DNA of 64,000 nt, from assembly GCF_018977255.1 (NCBI RefSeq), contig NW_024704742.1, forward strand, positions 130,760,001 through 130,824,000, written 5' to 3'. The translations under genes were made by a program, and so were the position numbers. This DNA is from Callorhinchus milii. Taxonomy: Eukaryota. The notes under the pieces are model-generated. The model was given only the letters and a program-made list of their open reading frames with translations. It did not search any database and was not told where the DNA came from. Numbering within the stretch: position 1 is the first letter of the stretch; every line of letters starts with the position of its first letter. Below, in pieces: positions 23,491-35,533 of this stretch.

Positions 23491-23665
23491 CACAGGGAAC
23501 TATTGGTTTTGGGTGCCAGTTCTCAGCCCAATCGTCGGGGCCATGTTTGGCGTTCTGGTCTATCAGTTCATGGTGGGTCTGCAGGTTGAGACAAAAAGTA
23601 ACTGCACGTCCCATTCAGAGGAAACCGTAAAGTTAACCAGCGTGAAAGCGAAGGGCAGGCGTTGA
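23491..23665 (+). CDS. AQP3: Aquaporin-3-like copy A, exon 6 (terminal; TGA)
   Basis: TTTTCAG|C, 175 nt; STGNYWFWVPVLSPIVGAMFGVLVYQFMVG...KAKGRR*; the spliced CDS is 885 nt (294 aa) with no frameshift. Confidence 0.93.
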
Positions 23666-24041
23666 CGGCTTGTTATAACCTCCAGATATCTCCCCCTGTT
23701 CCTCTCCATTCCCTTTTGTCAAATCCAAATCCAGGTTAATCCCTTCGAACAACTCATTCATTTTCACGTTTTCAACAAATCTGTATAATTTCCCAACGTT
23801 TTTACAACACGCGGAAATGTTTTTTTCTGGTACATTTTTAACTCTGCTTATCGGTCGGCTGGAAGAATATTTTTTTGAAAACTTACAGTGTTCTGTCATG
23901 AATGAGAAATTATCATTTTCAGTACTGTATATTATTATTGATGTAAAAAATATGCCATCAACCTAAAAAGTTATTAATAGACACTAATGTCCTTCATGTA
24001 TTTTGCTGAGATGATGACCAATCCCTGATGAAATCCAAACT

Positions 24042-24047
24042 AATAAA
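24042..24047 (+). terminator. Candidate polyadenylation signal of aqp3 copy A
   Basis: First AATAAA I found downstream of the stop codon (~380 nt). Confidence 0.35.
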
Positions 24048-25772
24048 CAAACAAACAAACAAACTAAAGGACTGACTAACTAACCCCATAAAAAGGAGAT
24101 TCATAAGATGATAACTGGGATCAGAGGCTTTACTAATGAGGAATGACTCAGGAAAATGTTGCTGTTTTAACTAGAACAGTAACGGTTAAGAAGATTATTG
24201 ATAAATGATGCAGGTTTGATAAGTCAATGGGGAGAAATTCCACTTGGGTTTAGATTTCATCCATATATGTAGCAGTTTAGAACAACCAGAATTTAGCTAA
24301 TTGTTGAATTCTCTCTTACAATATAACCAAAGTAGTACAAATTTACATTTATATAAACTCCTTTCACGTTGGGAGGATGTTATAAAACACTTCACTTTGA
24401 AGTTGATTTTCTGTAATTCTTAAAAGAGATTGAAAACTAATAGAGTCAGTTCCCTCAGATGTTTTTCATGTTTCCCGTTAGACAGATAGATAACAGCAAC
24501 AACAACTTGCATTTATACAGTGCCCTTCACACAGGTTAGAGTCTTGAAGTGTTGACAGGTAAGTTGCGTAAGTTTAACCAACTAAAAACTGCATAGCTTG
24601 CTACTGTATGGTGAGCTTTCTGTTTGTTGCCCAGCCAGGACCACTCTGTACCCTAGGGCCTTGACTTGCAATGTTAACAGGAATTGAGTGGGAATCTCTG
24701 CTGTTTTATCTTAAGATTGGGGTACCTCTTGTATCGTTTCACAAGCTGTTCCTTTCGTTAATTAACATGAAGATTGTGTTCTAAAATGCCAGAAAACTTT
24801 ACTCCTATGTGCCAAACACTTTCATTAAATGTGGAGTGATCGACATTACAATACTCAGCAGAACCACCCAAAGCTATTGCAGTCTTGAAACTGACCGGTG
24901 TGCTGAAAAAATTAATCCAGTGAATTCTCTGCTATTGTGAACCTAATACTGAATTAATTGTTTTATTTGTGATGACTACATAGACCAATATAGCTGTCCT
25001 TACGTGCACAGCAGCAGTCAAATAAAGCAATTCTTAGAAGTATTGTGTATTGACTTGTGTTTACTTTGTCCTGTCCAGTTCCTGATATCTTTGAAGTAAC
25101 CCCCAGTCAAATACAACATGACAGTACAAATTTACACTTATATAATACTTTTCACGTCAGGAGGACATCCCAAAGTGAGATGATCCGGAAGTCAATACAT
25201 TCGGTGATTGGGAACCAATGGAGCCTGGCAAGGACTGGGGTGATGGGGGTACGGAGTTTTGTGCGGGTCAGTATCTGAGCGGCAGAGTTTTGAATTAATT
25301 GGATTTTGTGTATGCTGGACCTGGGGAGGCCAGCGAGGAGGGCATTGGAATAATCCAGCCGGGAAGTGATGAAGGTGTGGATGAGGGTTTCCGGGCGCGT
25401 CGGCTGTGAGGGACAGACGGAGACGAGCAATGTGGCGGAGGTGAAAAAAAAGTGGTCATGCTTTCTGAGGATAATAATCGCCGCAAGGCTCTGGACAGTC
25501 AGGGGTTTGGACCCAAACTGTGGGTTGGGATCAGGAGGGGTGGACAGCAGGGAGGGTGATGGTAGGGGGATAGCCAAAGGCCATACATTTATACAATTAA
25601 TAAATATATAAATATATAAAATTCACTTTACAATATATTCTGTGAAACGCTTTGAGTCATCTCTGCAATGTGATTAGGCGCTGTATCAAATACACGGATT
25701 ATTATTATTATAATAGTATTTGGATAAGGGGACGATGTGAAATAATTACAAATTTGGTTGGGGCTGAAATAT

Positions 25773-26087
25773 GTGGAGTTCTGTAGCTTAGCGGTGAGAG
25801 CACTCGCCTTGCAAGCGAGACACCTGGGTTCAATTCCAGGCAGGGCGAAACCTTGGGCAAGTTTCCTTACTCCACACGTCTGATAATAATCCCTCCAAAA
25901 AAAACAATAATAAAATTGGTCACTTAAATCCATGACTGTTTGTGGGACACTGCTGTGCGCAATTGGCTGCCGCGTTTCGCCCACAAATATACGGTCAATT
26001 CACTTTATAGTATATTCTGTGAAGCGCTTTGAGACATCTGGAAGACATGAAAAGCGCTATATCAAATGCAAGGATTATTATTATTAT
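25773..26087 (+). mobile_element. tRNA(Ala)-derived SINE, short form
   Basis: Full head-to-(ATT)n-tail copy. Confidence 0.9.
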
Positions 26088-27416
26088 ACATAGGAGTAAA
26101 AGATACTGAAAGTGCGTGACATATATTGCAGCTGGAATTGTACTGTGCGAGGCCTGGCCACTTAGTGGCGCCATTACGACATTTAAGATATTCAGCTTAT
26201 TCTGTGCGAAGGTTACGCTATGGGTTTGAAACGCAAAGGTTCATAGCAATTGTGAAAAAGCTTTTCTCGTCATCAAATCCCTTCAGGGCCTGGCACCTCC
26301 CTACCTCTCCGACCTGCTTACTCCCCAACCCACTACCCACTGCCTCCACTCGACTGGCTCCGGTCTCCTACTTATCCCTCTTGCTCTCCATTCCACCATC
26401 GATCGACCACATAGCACAATTTGCTATATGCAAATTAGGAGCACTGTTTCCCTACAAATATGTAGTAATTGCACTTTACGTCTATAAAGTGGAGTCCTGT
26501 AGCTCAGTGGTTAGAGCACTCACCTCGCAAGCGAGAAACCTGGGTTCTATTCCCTTCAAGTCCCTTTTTGAAGTCCCTTCAAAAAATAATAATAATCATA
26601 AATTGGTCAATTCAATCCACGACTGTTTGTGGACACTGCTGTATGCAATTGGCTGCTGCGTTTCGCCCACAAAATATACAGTCAATTCACTTTACAGTAT
26701 ATTCTGTGAAGCGCTTTGAGACGTCTCGAAGACGTGATAAGGCGCTATATCAAATGCAAGGATTATTATAACACTTTGAGATGTTTCAACCATAAGAAGG
26801 TAACTTTGGGGTAAAGTAGTTCTCTGATGCCTTTCAAGAGGTCAAGAAGCCTAAGGGTTTGCCCCGCTTGGGAATCAAACCCGGGTCCTCTCACTTGCGC
26901 GGAGAGCGCGGTAACCACTATGCTACAGGACTCCACAGTTCACGGAGCTTGAGTTAGATGTGACTGGGAATCCGATCAGTTATGATGTGGGGAAAAGAAA
27001 AGTAGTTGGTACTCTTGGGATTCGATTTGCTACAATTTTGGCCCGTAGACCGTAAAAACATTTCTCTTAAGTTTAAGTTAATTCTGATATTAAGCTGATT
27101 CTGAATGCCCTTTCGGTCTTGAAAAGCAAGGGTTAATTACACTGGAATATCAGCAGCAATGATATTTAGTTAATGAGAACATTTATTCATCAACAGCGAA
27201 TGGCTTTAGGCCGGTATCTATTGCCAAACACTCTCGCTTTAATCCCTGTTGTGTTTGACTGAAATGCCTAAGGCTGACGGCAGGAATCTGAGGGTGCTTA
27301 AAAGGCAAATGCAAAGCTCCAGCAATTTTCAATTAAGCACAATCCAGGTCTGCCGTAGCATCTGTGCTCCTGAACCTCACTGAGCTCGAGTCCCAGATAA
27401 AAAACAATTTATAACA

Positions 27417-27524
27417 ATGGGGAAACAGAAAGAAACCATCAGGAAAATTCAAGACTTATTCCGTATAAGAAACATGCTGGTAAAACAATGCCTTGCTGAA
27501 TGTCTGGGGACTTTAATTCTCGTG
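27417..27524 (+). CDS. AQP3: Aquaporin-3, canonical copy (copy B), exon 1 of 6
   Basis: MGKQKETIRKIQDLFRIRNMLVKQCLAECLGTLILV, 108 nt, donor GTAAGT. Confidence 0.96.
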
Positions 27525-29099
27525 GTAAGTGCTTCGCTTTTCATTGCTAAGGTTATTAATATTATAATTATTATTATGATTATTATTATATTATTTTTAT
27601 AAGATATGCTTTTGCTGGAACTTTTTGGGGGAGAGTTGCAATGATTTTACTGGAAAGTCGCTGTTTACCTACAGTAAGTAGGAACCCGGTTGTGACTCAA
27701 TTAACAGATCACTTTTCTGGGGTAATAAATCCCTTTTAAAAAAAAGTAAATAATTATACTTGGTCACTCAGTCCACGACTGTTTGTAGGACACTGCTGTG
27801 TACAATTGGCTGCTGCGCTTCCCCTTCAAACTATACAGTCAATTAACTTTGCAATATATTCTGTGAAGGGTTTTGAGATGTATATAAAAAAATGCAAGGA
27901 TTATTATTAATGTTGTTGGTCACAGAGTAAATGTGCAAGCCAAAATGCAGCAATGATTTCACTCTCAATGAACAGATTTCTGTACAGAACCTATTTCTGG
28001 CTTTCGATTGAGCTCAGGAAAAAAAGTAGCATTTTATTTATTACTTAACATAAACCATTTCTAAAACTACAGCATTAATGTCTCCTTGAGTTGATGATAA
28101 TTTTATTGCTGTCAACAGTCTGACTTCAATTGCAAGGGAGATTAACGCTCCACAAAAACTTTACATTTTGAAGGCTTGAGAAATGTTTAAATTAAGCTTT
28201 GCTTCTCTGCACACCTGAGTACGTACCAATCATACACTATAAGGAATACAAAGCACTTATACAACTAATCATGTACAAGGGATAAACCTTGTAGTGCGCA
28301 GGTAGCTTCACCTTTATTCTACCCATACTTAGTGAAATCACGTTATTGCAAATTCAATATCACATTTTTCATCCCCATTAACTCTAACTGTTAATTTGCC
28401 CACAAATATACGGTCAATTCACTTTACAGCATATTCTGTGAAGCGCTTTGAGACGTTTAGAAGACATGAAAAAGCGCTATATCAAATACAAGGATTATTA
28501 TTATATTATTATATAACTGCAGCACTGTGAATGTGCCTTGGGTCATCCTCCCGACATTAAAAATATTATATAAATGTAAATTGTATTGTGTCGTTCGGGC
28601 TTCCGCAGTGAAACACTTTGAAACATTTTCCTGTGTGAAAGGTGCTACACAAGTGCAATTTGTTGTTTGGTTTTCTCTGGTTTTGGAAATGGACCCTTGT
28701 TTCTATTTGAATCTAAAGGAATTTTCAGCTTTGTTTTGAACCTATCCTTGTGATTGTTCCATCTACAAGCCTAGCAAAGGGAACCCAGAGCACATTTTCC
28801 TATGTTGAGCAGATATAGTAGTCAGCTTCAGACTTTTTCACAAGTTTCTGATGTTTGAACCTTTGGTGATTATTTCAGCTTCAAACACCTCATGATAAAC
28901 TTCCCCAGCTCATCGATGGCACAAACATGTTACATTTAGCTCCGAGCTGAAAAGTATTTACGTCACAGACAAAAATAAATCCTGAAAAGGTGTTGAGATT
29001 CCAGGCCTCTGAACAATGTGTAATCGCTTCACGTGAAACATAATGTGCTCATAATGTTGGATTCCTGACATGAAGACTGAACATGAAATCCACGGTACA

Positions 29100-29459
29100 G
29101 GGGTCCTGTAGTGTATTGGTTAGAGCATTCGCCTTGCAAGTGAAAGGACCGGGCAGGGAAAAACCTTAGGGAAGTTTCCTTACTCCACACGCCTCTGCTT
29201 ACCTAGCAGTAAGTAGGAACCGGTTGTTAGTCGATTGACAGATCCCTTTTCTGGGGTGTAATAATCCCTTAATTTTTTTTTTTAATTTGGTCACTCAATC
29301 CACGACTGTTTGTGGGACACTGCTGTGCACAATTGGCTGCCACTTTTCGCTCACAAAATATACAGTCAATTCACTTTACAGTATATTCTGTGAAGTGCTT
29401 TGAGACGTCTCAAAAACATGATGAGGCGCTGTATCAAATGTAAGGATTATTATTATTAT
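29100..29459 (+). mobile_element. tRNA(Ala)-derived SINE, long form
   Basis: Family head, internal block and tail. Confidence 0.85.
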
Positions 29460-30296
29460 CCAAGTCGTGCAAATAGTGACTCCTGGAAGGATATCAATTC
29501 AGCTCTGGGCAAACCTATTCCTGTTGGATCTTCTTTCAGAGCTTTGTTGCCGAGGGGCGACAGGATTTCTTATTTAGGAATCTCTTTAGAAATCATACAT
29601 TTTAGACACCCATGTAGGACAAAACCCTTACAGTTAGTTATGTTATTTGCTGAGCAGAGTTTACTGGAGTGCCTTACGCTGTAAAGAATTTTCACATCGG
29701 GAGGCCGTCTCAGAGGGCTTCATTGGGTAGTCGGCAGTGACTGTGTGTTTTGTAGGTGAACGCAGCAATTAATTTGCGCACAGAGATGTCCCACAAACAG
29801 CCACAAAGTGAATGACCAATTTTATCTGGCGGATTGTTGACCATGACAATGGGAGAAACTACCTTCTCTTTTTGAGCAGTGCCAAGGGATCTTTAACATC
29901 CGCCTAAACAGAAGATGCCACCTCGGTTTAAAGTCTCATCCGAAGCACAGCACCTCTAACAATGCAACATCCCCCCAGCACTGCATTGGATTGATAGCCT
30001 AGACTATCAGATTGAACTACTGATGTGGGAGCTTGTGGGAGCCTACAATGTAGTGGCTGAAGGCCCGGCTGCCAATGGTGGGGTGGAGGGGCCCGAGGGA
30101 TATGTAGGAGGCTGGAGCCAGTTGAGCAAAGGGAAAGAGTAGAGGAGTGAGGTGTGAGCAGGTCAGAGAGGTAGGGGGAGGGTGCCAGGGCATGAAGTAA
30201 TTTGTACACGAGTGTGAGGATCTTGAAATCGATCCGTTCTGCAATAGGGAGCCAGTGTACCTGGAATTAATTTAATCTTGACATTTCTCCTTCTAG

Positions 30297-30423
30297 CTGT
30301 TTGGCTGCGGGGCACTGGCACAGATCACTCTCAGTCGGGGAACGCACGGAGCCTTTCTAACAGTCAACTTAGCCTTCGGATTTGCGGTGACTCTTGGTGT
30401 GCTTGTGGCCGGTCAAGTGTCGG
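30297..30423 (+). CDS. AQP3: Aquaporin-3 copy B, exon 2
   Basis: TAG|CTG..TCGG|GTAAGA, 127 nt; [42 protein letters not shown]. Confidence 0.96.
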
Positions 30424-31019
30424 GTAAGACGATCCCTATGGAGAAGGGCAACACCTTTTTAAACCACACTGCACAGCAGGTCACTGTCAGCAATTAACAA
30501 TAGTCATAATAAGCTTTTCACCAGAGAAAATGTCAGCAAGAGATTATGTGGAGCAACACGTCATTGAAAAGAATAAAGAATCGCACCCTGGTTTAAGGTC
30601 ATGATTTTTCTCACCCTTAATCTCTTAGAATGTCAAATGAGTATTGTGATCCGCAGCACAAAATCCCGCTATAGACTTTGACCATGAAGACTGTTTTGTT
30701 TGGCTTAAAGTGTGTAAGATCATGTAATTCAACTCAGCAGTTAATCAGCAGTAAATAGGAACCCCATTATTAATCGATTGCAAATTGCTTTCGGGGGATA
30801 ACAATCCCTTCAAAACAGAAAATAGAAATTTTCTCACTCAATCCACGAGTGTTTGTGGGATTTGCTGTACACAATTGGCTGCCATGTTTCGCCTACAAAA
30901 ATGCAGTCAATTCACTATGCAGTATATTCAATGACATGGTAAAGTGCTATATCAAATGCAAGGATTATTATTATAACTCTTTATTTAGAAATATTGTGTC
31001 CCTTCTATTCTATGGACAG

Positions 31020-31157
31020 GAGCTCACCTGAATCCTGCTGTGACCTTTGCTTTGTGTCTACTTGCTCGTGAGCCCTGGATCAAATTTCCCCTTTTCTCTT
31101 TGGCACAAATATTGGGTGGATTTCTTGGAGCAGGTATCATCTTTGGATTATATTTTG
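31020..31157 (+). CDS. AQP3: Aquaporin-3 copy B, exon 3 (first NPA)
   Basis: CAG|GA..TTTG|GTGAGT, 138 nt; [46 protein letters not shown]. Confidence 0.96.
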
Positions 31158-31479
31158 GTGAGTAACAAAGTTATTTATATATTATACAAATTTGGACTAG
31201 CTTCCTTTGACTTACGGTCTAATGTTTTGATATTTGATTAAGTTTGCTGATTGCAGTTACACATAAATTTGGGAAGAATTCAAAGAATGATCTATAATTT
31301 CGCTCAAATCCTTTTTCTTCTTCACTAATGGATATCCGTTCATTTTGTTCACATTGGCCATACATTCAATTTCTTATCAATCATCAAGCAATCATTGGGA
31401 GAAGGGAATCCTCCCACTCAGCTCCTATTAACCCTGCAACCCAAAGCCCTAAAGAGTAGTGTGGTCCTAGCTGGACCAG

Positions 31480-31870
31480 CAACAACAACAACAAGATTTC
31501 ATTTATAGAGCGCCTTTCACGTCGGGAGGACGTCCCAAGGCGCCGGACCGTTGGGTTGGGACCCGAGCAGGGGGCAAATGGTCAGGGGTGAGGAGAGGGA
31601 AGGGAGGGAGCGAGGAAGGGGTAGAGAGTCGAGAGGGGAGCTGAAGGCACGGTTGAAGAGAAAGGTCTTGAGACCAGCCTTGAAGGAGGAAAGGGAGGAA
31701 GCAAGGCGAAGGCACTGGGGGATAGAGTTCCAGAGCCTCGGGGCTGAGAGGCTGAAGGCCCGGCCACCGATGGTAGGCGGTTGGGGCGGGGGATGTGGAG
31801 CAGACCGGAGCCAGAGGAACGGCGGGTACGGGCAGGTAAGTAGGGGGATATTAGGTCGGAGAGGTAGGAG
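31480..31870 (-). mobile_element. L2-clade LINE 3' fragment
   Basis: Remnant IGGRAFSLSAPRLWNSIP..SFKAGLKTFLF with (TTG)n tail; very similar to 55310-55606. Confidence 0.85.
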
Positions 31871-32212
31871 GGAAAGCTTGCCAGACAGCGATATCAATGG
31901 CAAGCTGTGTGATTTTAACTGATTAGACTCCAGCAGTACGCCAACATACGTGCCTAAAACTTTCTGAATTAGTTAGGCAGAGTGCTTCCCTCCGGGGAGA
32001 GAGTGCATATTCCATCCCAATAATCTACCTCCGGAATGCTTGGAATTCTCAGGTTGGTTTGGATACTCTTACGTCTGATGATGGGTTTCCTCATGTGTCA
32101 GAAGCAGACCATTTGGCCCAGCTATCAAATCCTGTCATAACCTTGATTCATATTAATTATTAATGTTGTTATTATTCTACCAATAGTTTATTTGATCATT
32201 ATCTTTTTGCAG

Positions 32213-32331
32213 ATGCAATTTGGCTCCATGGTAATAACCATCTGATAGTAATGGGACCTAATGCTACTGCTGGGATATTTGCGACTTACCCGTCTGAACA
32301 CTTGACTTTAATCAATGGTTTCTTTGATCAG
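32213..32331 (+). CDS. AQP3: Aquaporin-3 copy B, exon 4
   Basis: CAG|AT..CAG|GTAAGA, 119 nt; [40 protein letters not shown]. Confidence 0.96.
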
Positions 32332-32428
32332 GTAAGACTGAGATTACATACAGGCTGTTACAAATGAAGCTTCAACCTGGTCCTTCACTGAATATTTCAT
32401 ACTTATCTATCTTGTTAACTACTCAGCA

Positions 32429-33151
32429 ATTCCCTAAATTTGAGTTATTTGAGCCGAACAGCAACATTTCAACAACACTGGCTTTCTGTACTTTTTTTTA
32501 GTGGAAAAAATCTGCCTCAATAAAGATAGATTGAAACAGCCAAATTCCAAGATGGTTGTTCACAGGAGCAGCTCAGGTGATTGGATACAAACTCTTAGAT
32601 GATTAGGAGTTTCCAGTTTCCCTGGGCTGACCCTTTATGAGATTTCAATGCTTTTTTTCTGTTTTTTTCTTTTCGATTATGCATCATCCCTCCTCCACAC
32701 CCCCGCAACCCCCAACTCCCCACCCGCCATCCTCCCCATCCTCCTGCCCTCTACCCTCTGCGATCCCAACCTGGGTTGCAAGCCTCTCATTGCCCAGTGC
32801 CTTGGGAAGTCTTCTCGATGTGAAAGGCACTATATAAATGCAATTTGTTGTTGTTGTGGTTGCTGGCACACATTGGGGCAAACCATGGCTGCGATGCTTC
32901 ATAACTTCTTCCTTGTGATAACACTCAACAAAACCTGATGCAAAACATCGCAAATTCCAATCTATTCCTTAGTATATCACAGGGATAAATCACCTGAGCA
33001 GCTCCTGGGAACAACTATCTTGGAATTTGGCTGTTGGAGCACATTCCATATCTGTCTTTATTGAGGCAGATTTTTCCCACTAAAAAAAGTACAGAAAGCC
33101 AGTGTTGTTGAAATGTTGCTGTTTGGCTCAAATAATTCAAATTTAGGGAAT
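32429..33151. repeat. Long inverted repeat (arms 32429-32582 and 32988-33151) in intron 4 of aqp3 copy B
   Basis: Arm 2 reverse-complemented matches arm 1 nearly base for base, apart from one ~10-nt indel and scattered substitutions. Confidence 0.9.
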
Positions 33152-33513
33152 CTTATATTTAATTATATTCATCTGAATTTGATTTTACAGATCTGAAGGT
33201 TGGATATAATATCTAAATTGTCACATATGTTTTTACATTCAAAGAGAAAAGAATTTCTCCCCGTGTTCTGGTCACCAATTGCCCAGATAAGATTATCATT
33301 TTCATCACAGCTGTTTGTGGGACATTGCTTTGCACAAATTGGCTGCCATGTTTGCCTACGGATATACAGTTGCTACACTTCAAAGTAAAATCATGCGAAG
33401 TACTTTGAAATGTCCTGACATGATAAGGCACTGTATCAAATGCAAGTATTATTATTATTAATAATTATTATTAGTACTATCTCGCTTGACAATCTAAAAC
33501 ATGTGCAAGACAA

Positions 33514-33897
33514 ATAATAATAATCCTTGCATTTGATATAGCACCTGATTATGTCTTTGAGATGTTTTAAAGCGCTTCATAGAACATACTGTAAAGTGAA
33601 TTGACTGTATATTTTGTAGGCGAAATGCAGTAGCCAATTGCACACAGCAGTGTCCTACAAACAGCCGTGGATTGAGTGATCACATTTAAAAAAAAATTAT
33701 ATATATATTTTGAAGGGATTATTACACCCAGAAAAGTGATCCGCCAATCGAATAACAACCGGGTTCCTATTTACTGCTAGGTAAACAGAGGCATGTGAAG
33801 TAAGGAAACTTGTCTAACATTTTGCCCTGAGTGGAATCAAACCCAGGTCCTCTGCTTGCGAGGCGAGTGCCCTAACCAATATGCTACAGGACTCCAC
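33514..33897 (-). mobile_element. tRNA(Ala)-derived SINE, long form
   Basis: Reverse-oriented family copy. Confidence 0.85.
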
Positions 33898-34058
33898 AAT
33901 ATAGTCTGTAAAGTGTTTGAGAGGCCTTAACTATGTCATAAGGTGCTACATCAAACACAAGGATTATTATTATTATTATTGTTGTTGTTTGCAAAACAAT
34001 TCTCACCGAGTGATGGATTACCTCTGATGTTTTGCTTTTCCTTTCTCTGAAACGGCAG

Positions 34059-34276
34059 CTGATTGGCACAGCAGCTCTCATCGTCTGTATCCTTGCCATT
34101 GTGGATCCATTCAACAACCCGGTGCCAAAGGGAGTGGAGGCCTTCACTATTGGCTTTGTGGTTCTGGTAATCGGCTTGGCAATGGGCTTTAACTGTGGCT
34201 ACGCTGTGAACCCAGCCAGAGATTTTGGACCTCGCTTGTTTACCTCACTGGCTGGCTGGGGCACCAAAGTCTTCAG
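34059..34276 (+). CDS. AQP3: Aquaporin-3 copy B, exon 5 (second NPA, NPARD)
   Basis: CAG|CTG..CAG|GTACGA, 218 nt; [25 protein letters not shown]...[27 protein letters not shown]. Confidence 0.96.
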
Positions 34277-34626
34277 GTACGAGAATTTTTATTTGTTATT
34301 TTGAGGTTCATTTCAGTCTGTCAGTATTTTTTCTTCCCTCCCCTTTCGTGCTCATGCCCCACGTCGGGACTTTTGAACTCATATCGTCTAGGCTGATGCT
34401 CCAATGCAGTGATGGTGGGGGGGAGGGGAAATGCCCCTTCTTTGGATGAGACATCTTATCTGAAGGATGTGCCGCCAGCATTGTAGCTCACCCCCAGCAC
34501 TGCACTGGAGTGTCATCTTAGACTATGTGGTTGGTTGGGGAATTCATAACAGGGGTACATAAATATAAGATATATAAGTATATAAAAGAGAATTTTGGAG
34601 GAACTACTTCACCCAGAGGATAATTT

Positions 34627-34950
34627 GTGGAGTCCTGTAGCTCAGTGGTTAGAGCACTCGCTTTGCAAGTGAGAGACCTGAGTTCAATTCCAGGCATGGC
34701 GAAACCTTGGGCAAGTTTCCTTACTCCACACACCTAATAATAATCCCTCCAAAAACCAAAAAACAATAATTAAATTGGTCATTTTCAATCTACAACTGTT
34801 TGTGGGACATTGCTGTGCGCAATTGGCTGCCGCGTTCGCCCACAAATATACAATCAATTCACTTTACAGTGTGTTCTGTGAAGCGCTTTGGGATGTCCTC
34901 CCGACGTGAAAAGCGCTATATCAAATGCAAGGATTATTATTATTATTATT
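34627..34950 (+). mobile_element. tRNA(Ala)-derived SINE, short form
   Basis: Full-length copy with A/B boxes and (ATT)n tail. Confidence 0.9.
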
Positions 34951-35358
34951 AATTAGGTTGTGAAATTTGCTGCCTGAAGCGGTGTTTGAATCAGATAGTG
35001 TAGAGGCAATCAAGAGGAAGCTAGACCTTCATATGAGGGAGAGAGGAATAGAAGGGTATGGGAGGGAGTAAGGAATAGGTGGAGACTTGTGTGGAATATA
35101 AACACCGACAAAGACTGGTTGGGCCGAATGTCCCGTTTCCATGCTGTGCAGTCTTGATAAATCTTTTAGTGTTATGTGTGCAAATGGTTATCTGCTTGTC
35201 CAATAAACTGTTTACATATAGTGTAGCTATAGAAAGTCAGCTGTAATTCATACGTTTCAATTAAATGATTGTTTGTAATGCTTCTTTATTTCTTCCCCCT
35301 TGCCCCCCTTCACCCCCTTCCCTTTTATCCCCCCCTTCCCCACCTTCCCACCCCCCAG

Positions 35359-35533
35359 TGCTGGAAACTACTGGTTTTGGGTGCCCATTCTAGCCCCGCT
35401 CCTTGGTGCAGTGCTTGGTATTCTGGTTTACCAGCTGATGGTTGGCATACACACCGAACCCGAAGAAAACCATTCATCCAGTGCAGAAGAAAGAATAAAA
35501 CTGGCCAACATGAAGCCGAAAGAAAACTGCTGA
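35359..35533 (+). CDS. AQP3: Aquaporin-3 copy B, exon 6 (terminal; TGA)
   Basis: CCCCAG|T, 175 nt; SAGNYWFWVPILAPLLGAVLGILVYQLMVGIH...KPKENC*; the spliced CDS is 885 nt (294 aa). Confidence 0.95.

Noticed and set aside
13953..23665. Copy A as AQP7, AQP9, AQP10 or a pseudogene
   Set aside because: Collinear with AQP3 over its full length including N- and C-termini, NPA/NPA boxes, intact frame and canonical splice sites
26126..26771. 197-aa and 100-aa ORFs between the aqp3 genes
   Set aside because: Composed of L2 and SINE sequence; the same peptides recur in many SINE copies
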